Assembly (NCBI GenBank): GCA_963818505.1
Contig: CAWFSJ010000005.1
Span: forward strand, 141,540-205,539
DNA: 64,000 bases
Reading direction: 5' to 3'
Source: an uncultured Actinomycetota bacterium
Lineage (GTDB): Bacteria; Actinomycetota; Actinomycetes; S36-B12; UBA10799
A model generated the notes under the pieces. It saw nothing but the letters and a program-made list of their open reading frames with translations. It did not search any database and was not told the DNA's origin. A program made the position numbers and the translations under genes. Shown piece by piece: positions 1 through 7,466 of the stretch; the first letter of the stretch is position 1; each line of letters begins with the position of its first letter.

Positions 1-170
1 TCCACGACCTGCTCAACGACATGGATCGGGCCTGGGAGCGTGCGCCCAGGTGGGGAGCGAGGCAACGCTGGATCGCAATGGCCGGCGATGTGGCCAGCGC
101 CCACTGGACTGTGCGGGACGGACCGGCCCGCTGGCGCCTCGGAGAACTGAGCGTGGCTTGGCCGCAGTGA
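1..170 (+). CDS. 3' end of an unidentified protein-coding gene (truncated by the window edge)
   Basis: Frame 3 is open from the window edge to TGA at 168-170, with mostly G/C third positions (...HDLLNDMDRAWERAPRWG...LSVAWPQ*). A strong hairpin follows 6 nt later. No family recognised. Confidence 0.35.
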   Translation, partial: HDLLNDMDRAWERAPRWGARQRWIAMAGDVASAHWTVRDGPARWRLGELSVAWPQ

Positions 171-175
171 ACGAA

Positions 176-211
176 CGAAAGGGCCCCCCGGTCATCCGGG
201 AGGCCCTTTCG
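176..211. terminator. Bidirectional intrinsic-terminator-like hairpin between convergent genes
   Basis: CGAAAGGGCC-CCCGG (176-191) pairs with CCGGG-A-GGCCCTTTCG (196-211) around a 4-nt loop. It lies between the + gene ending at 170 and the - gene ending at 228. Confidence 0.6.
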
Positions 212-227
212 AACTACTTGCGTTTAG

Positions 228-746
228 TTACCGGCCCACAGTGGCGCGGACCTTCTCGACTGCAGACTCGACGCGAACGCGCAGGTCGGCAGCAGAGTCC
301 TCGGCGCGCTTGCGCAGGTCAGCGGACTGACCCTCGACGCGCTCGCGCAGGTCGCCGTAGAGACCCTCGAACCGGTCGCTGACCTCGTCGAACTTCGGGA
401 ACTCGATCTTGGGCAGCTCGAACGGAAGCTCGAACTTGGGCAGCTCGAAGGGCAGCATGGCAAGCAGGCTGTCCTTGGCCTCCGTGGCCTTGTCCACGAC
501 CGGCTTCGCAGCTTCGGTGGCCTTGGCCGTGGTGCTCTTCGCGGCTTCGGTCGCCTTGACCGTGGTGCTCTTGGCAGCCTCGGTGGCAGCGGCGGTCTTG
601 GCCGGAGCCTTCTTGGCAGCAGCAGTGGTCTTGGCAGGCGCCTTCTTGGCGGCAGCGGCGGTCTTGGCCGGGGCCTTCTTCGCCGGAGCCTTCTTGGCCG
701 GAGCCTTCTTCGCAGTGGTGGGGGTGGTGTCGGCAGTGGTAGCCAT
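228..746 (-). CDS. Lys/Ala/Pro-rich repeat protein (AKKAPAKK repeats, ATEAAKSTT repeats, FELPK repeats, C-terminal DLRxRxE helical repeats); HbhA-neighbourhood protein
   Basis: 172-aa ORF with good GC3. Its ATG directly abuts the TAA of the upstream XRE gene (746/747). The basic AKKAP repeats resemble the HbhA and HupB tails. The XRE-then-HbhA gene order matches Rv0474-Rv0475 as I recall it. Confidence 0.7.
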   Translation of the reverse strand: MATTADTTPTTAKKAPAKKAPAKKAPAKTAAAAKKAPAKTTAAAKKAPAKTAAATEAAKSTTVKATEAAKSTTAKATEAAKPVVDKATEAKDSLLAMLPFELPKFELPFELPKIEFPKFDEVSDRFEGLYGDLRERVEGQSADLRKRAEDSAADLRVRVESAVEKVRATVGR

Positions 747-1184
747 TTACTTGTCCTTTCGTGGGCGTGCGGAACGCTGTTCAGCTGATGGACTCACACT
801 GGACTGCCCCTGTGAGGCCGAGTGTGTTTCCGTTCCGCGGCGTGCGGCGTTCTCGGATTGGAACGCCGCGTAGATCTCCAACAGCGACTGACGCTGACGG
901 TCGGTCAACGTCGGGTCACCGGCCAGAGCCTGTGTCACAGACGGCTCTCCTTGCCGGGGCTCAAGGATTCCCGCACGTATGTACAGGGACTCGGCGGAGA
1001 TCTCAAGTGCCTTGGCAATCTGAGCGAGGATGTCCGCGCTCGGCTTGCGAAGGCCCCGCTCGACCTGGCTGAGGTACGGGTTGGACACATCTGCTGCCTG
1101 CGCCAACTGCCTCAAGGACAACTGGGCTGCAGCGCGCTGTTCGCGGATGTATTCACCCACCGTCGCCATATCGATCCGAGCCAT
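747..1184 (-). CDS. XRE-family helix-turn-helix transcriptional regulator (Rv0474-like)
   Basis: The N-terminal sequence LSLRQLAQAADVSNPYLSQVERGLRKPSADILAQIAKAL is a classic Cro/C1 HTH. Confidence 0.85.
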   Translation of the reverse strand: MARIDMATVGEYIREQRAAAQLSLRQLAQAADVSNPYLSQVERGLRKPSADILAQIAKALEISAESLYIRAGILEPRQGEPSVTQALAGDPTLTDRQRQSLLEIYAAFQSENAARRGTETHSASQGQSSVSPSAEQRSARPRKDK

Positions 1185-1203
1185 ATCTCAAGAGTGACCC
1201 ACT

Positions 1204-1236
1204 GTGCTTGCAATTGCAAGCACCTAGCAAGCAAAC
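1204..1236. promoter_or_regulatory. Putative operator: perfect 20-bp palindrome plus an adjacent third half-site, upstream of the XRE gene
   Basis: GTGCTTGCAATTGCAAGCAC (1204-1223) is a perfect palindrome. It is followed by cTAGCAAGCA (1224-1233). It lies 20-50 nt upstream of the XRE start at 1184. Confidence 0.45.
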
Positions 1237-1255
1237 TGGGCGAATGCGGCGCATA

Positions 1256-2224
1256 TCACATCTGCGCAAACTCCCGAAGTGCCGGCGAACAACCAACGAA
1301 TCCGACGGGACGGCCCCCTCCGAGCACTGGTGCACGCAGGTGTTCCTCGATCAGCGCAGCGCGCACACCGAGCCGTGCCAGTGACGCCGCGGCCACCACC
1401 GGTCGAGCACGCTGGGAACCATCGCAGATCTTCAGCGCGATGCCGTACCGACCGGCGCCGTGCTCAAGGCCCATCGCCTGCACCGCTTCGGCGCCGTCCT
1501 TCGCCATCAAGCCGGGCACCGCCCTCATCAAGTGCGTGACGTCGCGCCCAGTCCCGCCGGTGAACTCGGGGTAATCGCGCACAGCCGCCGCCACTCGGGC
1601 ACCGTCTGGATCTCTGGCCAGCCGGGTCATTCCCCTTGCGAGTGCGACGAGCGGCAATCCCCACAGAGGGGCTCCGCAACCGTCCGTACTGGCCGGTCCT
1701 GGGGTGACGCCCGTCAGCTGCGAGATGGTGTCTTTCAAAGACAGTTGCAGCGGATGCCGCGGGTCCAGATACGTCGTTGTGTCCCAGCCGTTGAGATGGC
1801 AGGCCCACACCATGGCCGCATGCTTGCCTGAGCAGTTCATGACGACACGGTTGCGGACCCCGCCAGCGGCCACGTACTGCTGACGCGTCTCGTCGTCGTA
1901 GGGCAGGTCTGGCGGACACTGCAGCACATCCTCGGCCAGGCCTGCCTGAGCCAGCAACGCGCGAACCCCCGCCAGGTGGAAGGGCTCACCGGAGTGTGAC
2001 GCTGAGGCCAATGCGAGACCCGAACGCTGCAGGGGCACACCGAGACGCAGCAGCCCCACGGCCTGGAGAGGTTTGACAGCGCTGCGCGGGTAGATCACCT
2101 CGTGCGGATCCCCAAGGGCAGCGACTACCTCGCCGCCCTCGTCGACGATGACAACATGGCCGCGGTGCGAGGACTCTACGGACCCGGACCTCGTGACTTC
2201 CACCAGCACCGGGGCATCGGTCAC
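1256..2224 (-). CDS. Asparaginase (Asparaginase_II family)
   Basis: 322 aa. VEVTRSGSVESSHRGHVVIVD...PRSAVKPLQA...NCSGKHAAM is the typical L-asparaginase II family signature. The GTG start overlaps the upstream stop (GTGA at 2221-2224). Confidence 0.8.
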   Translation of the reverse strand: MTDAPVLVEVTRSGSVESSHRGHVVIVDEGGEVVAALGDPHEVIYPRSAVKPLQAVGLLRLGVPLQRSGLALASASHSGEPFHLAGVRALLAQAGLAEDVLQCPPDLPYDDETRQQYVAAGGVRNRVVMNCSGKHAAMVWACHLNGWDTTTYLDPRHPLQLSLKDTISQLTGVTPGPASTDGCGAPLWGLPLVALARGMTRLARDPDGARVAAAVRDYPEFTGGTGRDVTHLMRAVPGLMAKDGAEAVQAMGLEHGAGRYGIALKICDGSQRARPVVAAASLARLGVRAALIEEHLRAPVLGGGRPVGFVGCSPALREFAQM

Positions 2225-2823
2225 GAATCTGTACCCAGGGCGCTTTCGGGCCGGGCCTCACCGAGCCGGTAACGCCTGGCCAACTCCGCGGTCAGCACCC
2301 CGTGCACGTCGTGGACCCTGTGACGCACGTCTGAGACCTCGCGTTCCATGTCGCGCAGTTCGTCGAGACGCGAATCGAGTTCACCGTCCTCCATGGTCGA
2401 GTACTCGTCGAGGCCCGAACGAGCGATCAGCCGCTCCACGGCCCGTCGGCCCCCACCAGGGGAATCCACCACATCGGGCCCAGACGGGCGAACCCCGGGG
2501 CCCATCTGGGAAGCCAGCGAGGCGACCAATGCGGAGAGGTCCAGTTCTGTCTCCCCCTCGTGGCGACCGTCACGGCGAAGGGACACGTTGGCCTCGAGGA
2601 TGTCGATGCGCCCGTGCAGCATGCGCCGCAGGTAGGACAGCCAGGCCTCTTCCCGGTCGACGTCGAGCCGGCGCTCGCGCAACTGGGCCAAGGGAATCGT
2701 CTCTAAGTCGGTCAGGAACTCCCCCTCAAGAATCCTGTCCAGAGCACGTTTCCCCTGCGGCTTCGCTAGCGACACGCTCCAACTGTACGCATCTGATCGC
2801 CTTCGGTGTCGCCCAACAAGCAA
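2221..2823 (-). CDS. RsiG-like (aerial-mycelium-formation-protein family) candidate c-di-GMP-binding anti-sigma factor
   Basis: 200-aa helical protein. Helix 1 is EEAWLSYLRRMLHGRIDIL and helix 2 is EREVSDVRHRVHDVHGVL. Both resemble the RsiG E(x3)S(x2)R(x3)Q(x3)D motif, with H in place of Q. The C-terminus is ELARRYRLGEA. The start is a TTG with GAGG 7 nt upstream, so it is uncertain. Confidence 0.5.
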   Translation of the reverse strand: MLVGRHRRRSDAYSWSVSLAKPQGKRALDRILEGEFLTDLETIPLAQLRERRLDVDREEAWLSYLRRMLHGRIDILEANVSLRRDGRHEGETELDLSALVASLASQMGPGVRPSGPDVVDSPGGGRRAVERLIARSGLDEYSTMEDGELDSRLDELRDMEREVSDVRHRVHDVHGVLTAELARRYRLGEARPESALGTDS

Positions 2824-2935
2824 CCTGACGCCTCACCCGCACCACCTGCCACCTGGGCCCACGATCCCGCCGGAAAACCACATCCCCTCCTGCCACCTCG
2901 CCCGCACGCACGCCATGCTGAAAACCGGCAACTCA

Positions 2936-3052
2936 GAGGCCGTTGCTCGATTCCAGTTGGGGTGGCGAGTCGAAGGGGGCCGTCGTCGACGGTTCGGCTG
3001 GTTGTGGCGCGCCCGGCGTACCTTTCTGGTTGATCAAGAGGGAGTGCAACCA
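2936..3052 (+). repeat. Dispersed intergenic repeat family A, short copy (module M1 at 2936-2985, module M2 at 3015-3052)
   Basis: M1 matches 24037-24086 at 45 of 50 positions. The first 24 nt of M2 (GGCGTACCTTTCTGGTTGATCAAG) match 5497-5520 at 23 of 24 positions. Confidence 0.8.
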
Positions 3053-3430
3053 CATTGGCACGCAGACCGGCTTCGCCGAGCAGGTCAGGTGCAGGTGCAG
3101 GTGGGGACCCTGGCGCGAAACCCGGACCCCCACAGGCAGACACCTCCATTCCGCAACAGCCACCAACGTTGTCCCCTCCAGCCAGCCAGCCAGCCGCCCG
3201 CCCGCCCAGAGGCAAAGCTGGAAACGGGCAGCTAGATCGCCGGAAGACCACCACGCCTCCAGCCAGCCGCACCACCTGTGGCACGAACCAGCGTTCACTC
3301 GAATGGGTGACCGGGGCGGCGCATTCGTAGGACGGAGGGCTAACCCGCTTGGGCGAAATCACGGGCGCGGTGCCTCATGCCGGCTTGACCCAGGCTAAGA
3401 ACCCGAATCCGGACAGCCGATGTAACCGGC

Positions 3431-4255
3431 ATGGATGTTGCTGCCCGATTGCGCGCCGAGGCGACACGTGGTGGGACAGGACGCCTGGATGTCAGCACCC
3501 CTGGCGTCTCTGGCCGAATCTGGCTGCGGGCAGGTCGGGTGAGCTCGGTGGCGACCTCCTCGGGCCGCCCTGCCCTGGGGATGCGCCTGGTCAGCGGGGG
3601 CAACCTCAGCCTGACCAAACTGGGCGAAGCCTTGCAGGCACAGCGCCAGCACCCAGGCATGCGACTGGGCGACGTCCTGGTGCGAATGGGTTTCACTTCG
3701 CGCCAAGAGGTCGAGGCCGTGGCCTGGGAGCAGACCTGTGACGACGTCGCGGCGATGCTGTCCTGGAGTCAGCCAACGATGACCTTCACCGAACTGCGTC
3801 CCGACGAGGTCGCCCCCGGCGGCCCCGAGGTCGAGGATGTGCTTTCCGCGGCCGTGGACCGGTCACAGGCTTGGCAGAACGTCGTACGGCAAGTGGGGGG
3901 GCCGGACACCGTACCGGTCCTGTGTGAGGCGGCAAACACGACGGAGACTGCCCTCGGACCCACCGACTGGGCCGTTCTGTGCCGGGTGGATGGCCGGCGC
4001 AGCCTGCGCGGCATCTGCGAGCAGGCCGGCCTGAGCGCATTGGAAGCGGCCGCCGTGCTGCAGAGCCTCATCGCTGCAGGCTTGGTCAGCGTGCCAAACC
4101 CGGTGCTTCCCCCGCCCGAGCCCATGGTGGCCGCGCAGAGCATTGTCGAGGCAGCGCCTGAAGAGACCGAAACATTCGACGACCCCGCGGACCTGCTGCG
4201 TGAACTGTCCCAGCTGTCGGGAACTCAACGTCCGGCACGAAGGGCGAGCCGCTAG
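3431..4255 (+). CDS. DUF4388-like domain protein with a GspE-N-like segment
   Basis: 274 aa. The N-terminal G-rich pattern GRLDV...GRIWLRAGRV resembles DUF4388. MRLGDVLVRMGFTSRQEVEAV resembles the T2SSE_N fold. The C-terminal tail is acidic. Confidence 0.55.
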   Translation: MDVAARLRAEATRGGTGRLDVSTPGVSGRIWLRAGRVSSVATSSGRPALGMRLVSGGNLSLTKLGEALQAQRQHPGMRLGDVLVRMGFTSRQEVEAVAWEQTCDDVAAMLSWSQPTMTFTELRPDEVAPGGPEVEDVLSAAVDRSQAWQNVVRQVGGPDTVPVLCEAANTTETALGPTDWAVLCRVDGRRSLRGICEQAGLSALEAAAVLQSLIAAGLVSVPNPVLPPPEPMVAAQSIVEAAPEETETFDDPADLLRELSQLSGTQRPARRASR

Positions 4256-4265
4256 CCTGCTGCAT

Positions 4266-5306
4266 ATGCCGCAGGGTCCCCTGAAGATCGCCGCCGACCA
4301 GACCAACGAAGGCCTGCTCGATCAGATCAGGTCGCTCGTGGACTGTGAGCCGGGCGAGCGACTCGATGCCCTTGTGTGCGCCGGGGTGCCGGAGATTCCG
4401 GCTACCCATGTGGTGCTCACGGGATCGATCGATGACGCACTCGATGCTTGGGACCTGCAGGCGCCTGCCCAGTCCCTCGGCGGAGCACTGTGGGTTGGCA
4501 GCAGTCAGGAGTCCGCGCCCACCATCGCAGCGTGGGTGGCCCTGCGCGTGCAGACTCCCACCACACCACTGAGCGACTTGACCGACAGCAACCAGCGCGC
4601 TCTGCGGTGGTCCGTGGCAGCGGGGGCCCACGTGCAGCGTCACCACGCGGGGACAGCAGAAGTGAGCGAGGACGAGATCCGGGCCTGGCTGGATGAGCAA
4701 CCCGAGGTCCGTGAACTCGGTCAGTCGATCGAGCGCCTGAATGCGGACACCGCCGACGCCACCCTGGAGGCTGCCCAGCGGTTCCGCGGCGCGATCGCAG
4801 AACTCGACTCTTTGGCGAGCCTGCCAGTAGTCGGATCCAGTGCCTCGTTCGACGCGGCCCTGGCCGAGCAACTCCGGGTGGTCCAACTTTCAGGACTGCG
4901 CAGATGGCGCGCCGGCAAAGCAAGAGCGCAGAGTTGCAAAGCCACGGTGTCCTCGGCCCGCGAGCTCGCCGCGGACCGGCTGCGACAACTCATCGAGGCA
5001 CGCCGGGTCGAGATGACGCAGCAGCGCCAGCAGGACGTCACCGACTCGGCCACTCAGGAATGGGTGCACGAAGTGGCCGGGGCGCTCGATGCGCTCACAC
5101 TTCCCGTGGAACCCTCCTTCGAGAAATCCCCGCGATCATGGACCGATCAGGCCACCGTGCCGCGTCGCTACATCCTGGTCAACCCCGCGCAGGCGGGCCT
5201 GTTCGAAAGCAGCGACATCCAGGTGCGCGAGTTGGATTCGGTACGGCAGGACTCGGCCCTGTGCCTGCTCGTGCAGTCGGGTTTCAGCCTGCCCGCATTG
5301 CGCTGA
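4266..5306 (+). CDS. Hypothetical protein (no recognised domain)
   Basis: The ORF is in the 4143 frame. The first ATG after the upstream stop (4253-4255) is at 4266. Coding-like GC3. The central region is Ala/Glu/Arg-rich and helical. Confidence 0.55.
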   Translation: MPQGPLKIAADQTNEGLLDQIRSLVDCEPGERLDALVCAGVPEIPATHVVLTGSIDDALDAWDLQAPAQSLGGALWVGSSQESAPTIAAWVALRVQTPTTPLSDLTDSNQRALRWSVAAGAHVQRHHAGTAEVSEDEIRAWLDEQPEVRELGQSIERLNADTADATLEAAQRFRGAIAELDSLASLPVVGSSASFDAALAEQLRVVQLSGLRRWRAGKARAQSCKATVSSARELAADRLRQLIEARRVEMTQQRQQDVTDSATQEWVHEVAGALDALTLPVEPSFEKSPRSWTDQATVPRRYILVNPAQAGLFESSDIQVRELDSVRQDSALCLLVQSGFSLPALR

Positions 5307-5360
5307 ACTCCCCGGTCTCGACCACCCAGCAGGCCCATCTCCCGACCCGAAGGCGTCAGT

Positions 5361-5546
5361 GGTGCTTCGGGTTTGAGCGGGTGGCCTGGATCGGGCAGTC
5401 CGCGTACTTTTGCGGTTGAGAACGGCGCCTGGGTCGCCTTGATCAACCCGAAAGGGACGCAAATGTGTCCGAATCATCCGTATTCGGGGGTTCGTGGGCG
5501 TACCTTTCCGGTTGATCAAGGGGTGTCGCCAACCCGAGAAGTACGC
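5361..5546 (+). repeat. Dispersed intergenic repeat family A, full copy with internal hairpin
   Basis: The 24-bp inverted repeat 5437-5460 / 5498-5521 has 2 mismatches and a 37-nt spacer. A degenerate direct copy of M2 lies at 5401-5420. 5361-5400 resembles M1 only weakly. Confidence 0.7.
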
Positions 5547-5671
5547 GACCCCGCTCAGCCACCCGCGAGCGAACCCGACCGCCACCGGCCGGCCAGACTC
5601 CCCTCGCGACTCAGAAGGGCTCATTGGTTGAACGTTGAAATAAATCGGGCCTGGGCAGCGTTGCAGCCGAC

Positions 5672-6256
5672 ATGACGACGATCTCAGAATCCGTGGACAC
5701 CCTCTTCGGCTCGGCGCACACCGCGTACTCCTTCAGCGCAGAACCCGTCTCCGATGCAACCCTGCAGCAGATCTACGAGACTGTCCGGTGGGCGCCAACA
5801 GCGATGAACAGCCAGCCGCTGCGCGTGGCCTTCGTTCGCTCCGCCGATGCCAGGACCGACCTCGTACCGCACCTGGCACCGGGCAATGTGGACAAGGTGA
5901 ATTCAGCACCCGTGACGGCGATCCTGGCCTACGACAGTGACTGGCACGAGCACCTGCCGGCCCTTCAGCCCTACGCCAAAGACCCGCAAATCGCCTGGGA
6001 GGACCCCGCGCGACGCCTGCCGATGGCCCAGTTCAACGCGGCTGTCCAAGCCGGCTACTTCATCCTGGGGGCCCGAGCACACGGCCTGGCGGCCGGTCCT
6101 ATGGGCGGCTTCGACAAGGCCGGCGTGGATGCCACGTTCTTCCCCGACGGGCGTTGGCGGTCTGTGCTGCTGGTGAACCTGGGGCACCCGACCACAGACT
6201 CGTTCCGGCCCCGCATGCCCCGACTGGCGTTCAACGACGCCGCTGCGCTGCTCTGA
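5672..6256 (+). CDS. Nitroreductase-family malonic semialdehyde reductase (RutE-like)
   Basis: 194 aa. AHTAYSFSAEPVSDATLQQIYETVRWAPTAMNSQPLRVAFV and the overall length match the RutE-like family. Confidence 0.75.
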   Translation: MTTISESVDTLFGSAHTAYSFSAEPVSDATLQQIYETVRWAPTAMNSQPLRVAFVRSADARTDLVPHLAPGNVDKVNSAPVTAILAYDSDWHEHLPALQPYAKDPQIAWEDPARRLPMAQFNAAVQAGYFILGARAHGLAAGPMGGFDKAGVDATFFPDGRWRSVLLVNLGHPTTDSFRPRMPRLAFNDAAALL

Positions 6257-6269
6257 GGCCGTTCAGCGC

Positions 6270-7442
6270 TTACCCCCCGTGGACGGCTTGGGCCGTCGCA
6301 TACACCTCGACGGTCTTGGCCGCGATCGCGTCCCAACCGAAGTCCGAGATCGCCCGAGCGCGCCCAGCCTGCCCCATGGCCCGTGCTGCAGCAGGATCCG
6401 CGACCACCTCGTTGATCGCCGCCGCGAAGTCCGCTTCGAAACCAGCGGTGTCCTTCTCGTCGTAGTGGACGAGCAGGCCGGTCTGGGAATCCACCACCAC
6501 CTCGGGGATTCCGCCAACATCGCTGGCCACCACGGGCGCCTCACATCCCATGGCCTCGAGGTTCACGATCCCGAGCGGCTCGTAGACACTCGGGCAGGCG
6601 AACACCAGGGCGTGACTCAGCAACTGCCGTACGTCGCTGCGGTCCAGATGCCCGTTCAACCAGTGGACACCCTCACGCAGCTGCTGAAGGCTGTCGATCG
6701 CCTCGGCCACCTCGGCACCCAATTCGGGGGTGTCCGGGGAGGCCGCGCACAGCACCAGCGGGACTGAATCGTCGAACTCCGCGGCCGCTCGCAACAGATG
6801 TGCGATGCCCTTCTGCCGGGTGATCCTGCCGACGAACAACACGTAGGGCTTCTCGGGGTCGATCCCGTGACTGACAAGCGCGTCCACGTCGTCCACCTTG
6901 CGGTAGGCCTGCGTGTCGATGCCGTTGTGCACCACATGCACCCGGTCCGGATCCACGAACGGGTAGCAGTCGAGCACGTCTGCACGCATGCCAGCGCTCA
7001 CGGCGATGATCGCGTCCGCGTTGTGGTAGGCCGTGTCCTCGACCCAGGAACTGATCGCGTAACCGCCACCGAGCTGCTCACGCTTCCACGGCCGGCGCGG
7101 TTCGAGTGAGTGCGCGGTGATCACATGGGGGATGTCGTGCAGCAGCCCTGACAGGTGCCCGCCCAGATTCGCGTACCAGGTGTGAGAGTGCGCCACATCG
7201 CAGCCTGTCACCGAGTTGACCATCCCGAGATCCACGCCCAGGGTCTGCAGGGCAGCGTTCGCGTTACTCAGGTAGCCGGGCACGGCCTGGGCCGTGGCGT
7301 CCGAGCGGGGATCGCCGAAGCAGTGCACGTCCACCTCGATCAACTTGCGCAGCTCGGGGACGAGGTGTTCCACGTGAACACCAGCCCCTCCGTAGATGTC
7401 GGGGGGCCATTCACGGGTCAGAATCGCGGTTCGCACACCCAT
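6270..7442 (-). CDS. glgA: Actinobacterial glycogen synthase / alpha-maltose-1-phosphate synthase (GlgA, GlgM-type, GT4)
   Basis: 390 aa. The N-terminus is [27 protein letters not shown]. The gene is divergent from glgC, as in the Rv1212c/Rv1213 arrangement. Confidence 0.85.
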   Translation of the reverse strand: MGVRTAILTREWPPDIYGGAGVHVEHLVPELRKLIEVDVHCFGDPRSDATAQAVPGYLSNANAALQTLGVDLGMVNSVTGCDVAHSHTWYANLGGHLSGLLHDIPHVITAHSLEPRRPWKREQLGGGYAISSWVEDTAYHNADAIIAVSAGMRADVLDCYPFVDPDRVHVVHNGIDTQAYRKVDDVDALVSHGIDPEKPYVLFVGRITRQKGIAHLLRAAAEFDDSVPLVLCAASPDTPELGAEVAEAIDSLQQLREGVHWLNGHLDRSDVRQLLSHALVFACPSVYEPLGIVNLEAMGCEAPVVASDVGGIPEVVVDSQTGLLVHYDEKDTAGFEADFAAAINEVVADPAAARAMGQAGRARAISDFGWDAIAAKTVEVYATAQAVHGG

Positions 7443-7466
7443 AGGCTAGGGCGATTGTCTAACGTG

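Noticed and set aside
13-382. ORFs 13-195 (minus strand) and 50-382 (plus strand) at the window start.
   Set aside because: Both read through the 176-211 hairpin or run antisense to the HbhA-like gene. Both are Arg/Pro-rich. Frame 3 ending at 170 is the better coding candidate.
409-873. 154-aa hydrophobic-repeat ORF on the plus strand (AASVALAVVLF...), which could be mistaken for a membrane protein.
   Set aside because: It is the mirror image of the AKKAP repeats and runs into the XRE gene. The minus-strand frame has the TAA/ATG junction with the XRE gene and a sensible composition.
2766-3398. Several 90-200-aa ORFs in the 600-bp gap, for example 2766-3362 (minus strand) and 3055-3330 (plus strand, Pro-rich).
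   Set aside because: They are mutually overlapping, low-complexity ORFs that span repeat and microsatellite sequence. I found no motif and no plausible RBS, so I treat the region as non-coding.
5361-5546. The family-A repeat as a riboswitch or leader for the downstream rutE-like gene.
   Set aside because: The other two copies are not 5' of comparable genes; one lies between convergent gene ends. A gene-specific cis-regulator is therefore unlikely, although an RNA function is not fully excluded.
7155-7466. N-terminal extension of glgC, which would give 513 aa.
   Set aside because: It is antisense to the glgA N-terminus. GlgC homology ([11 protein letters not shown]) starts right after the ATG at 7467.
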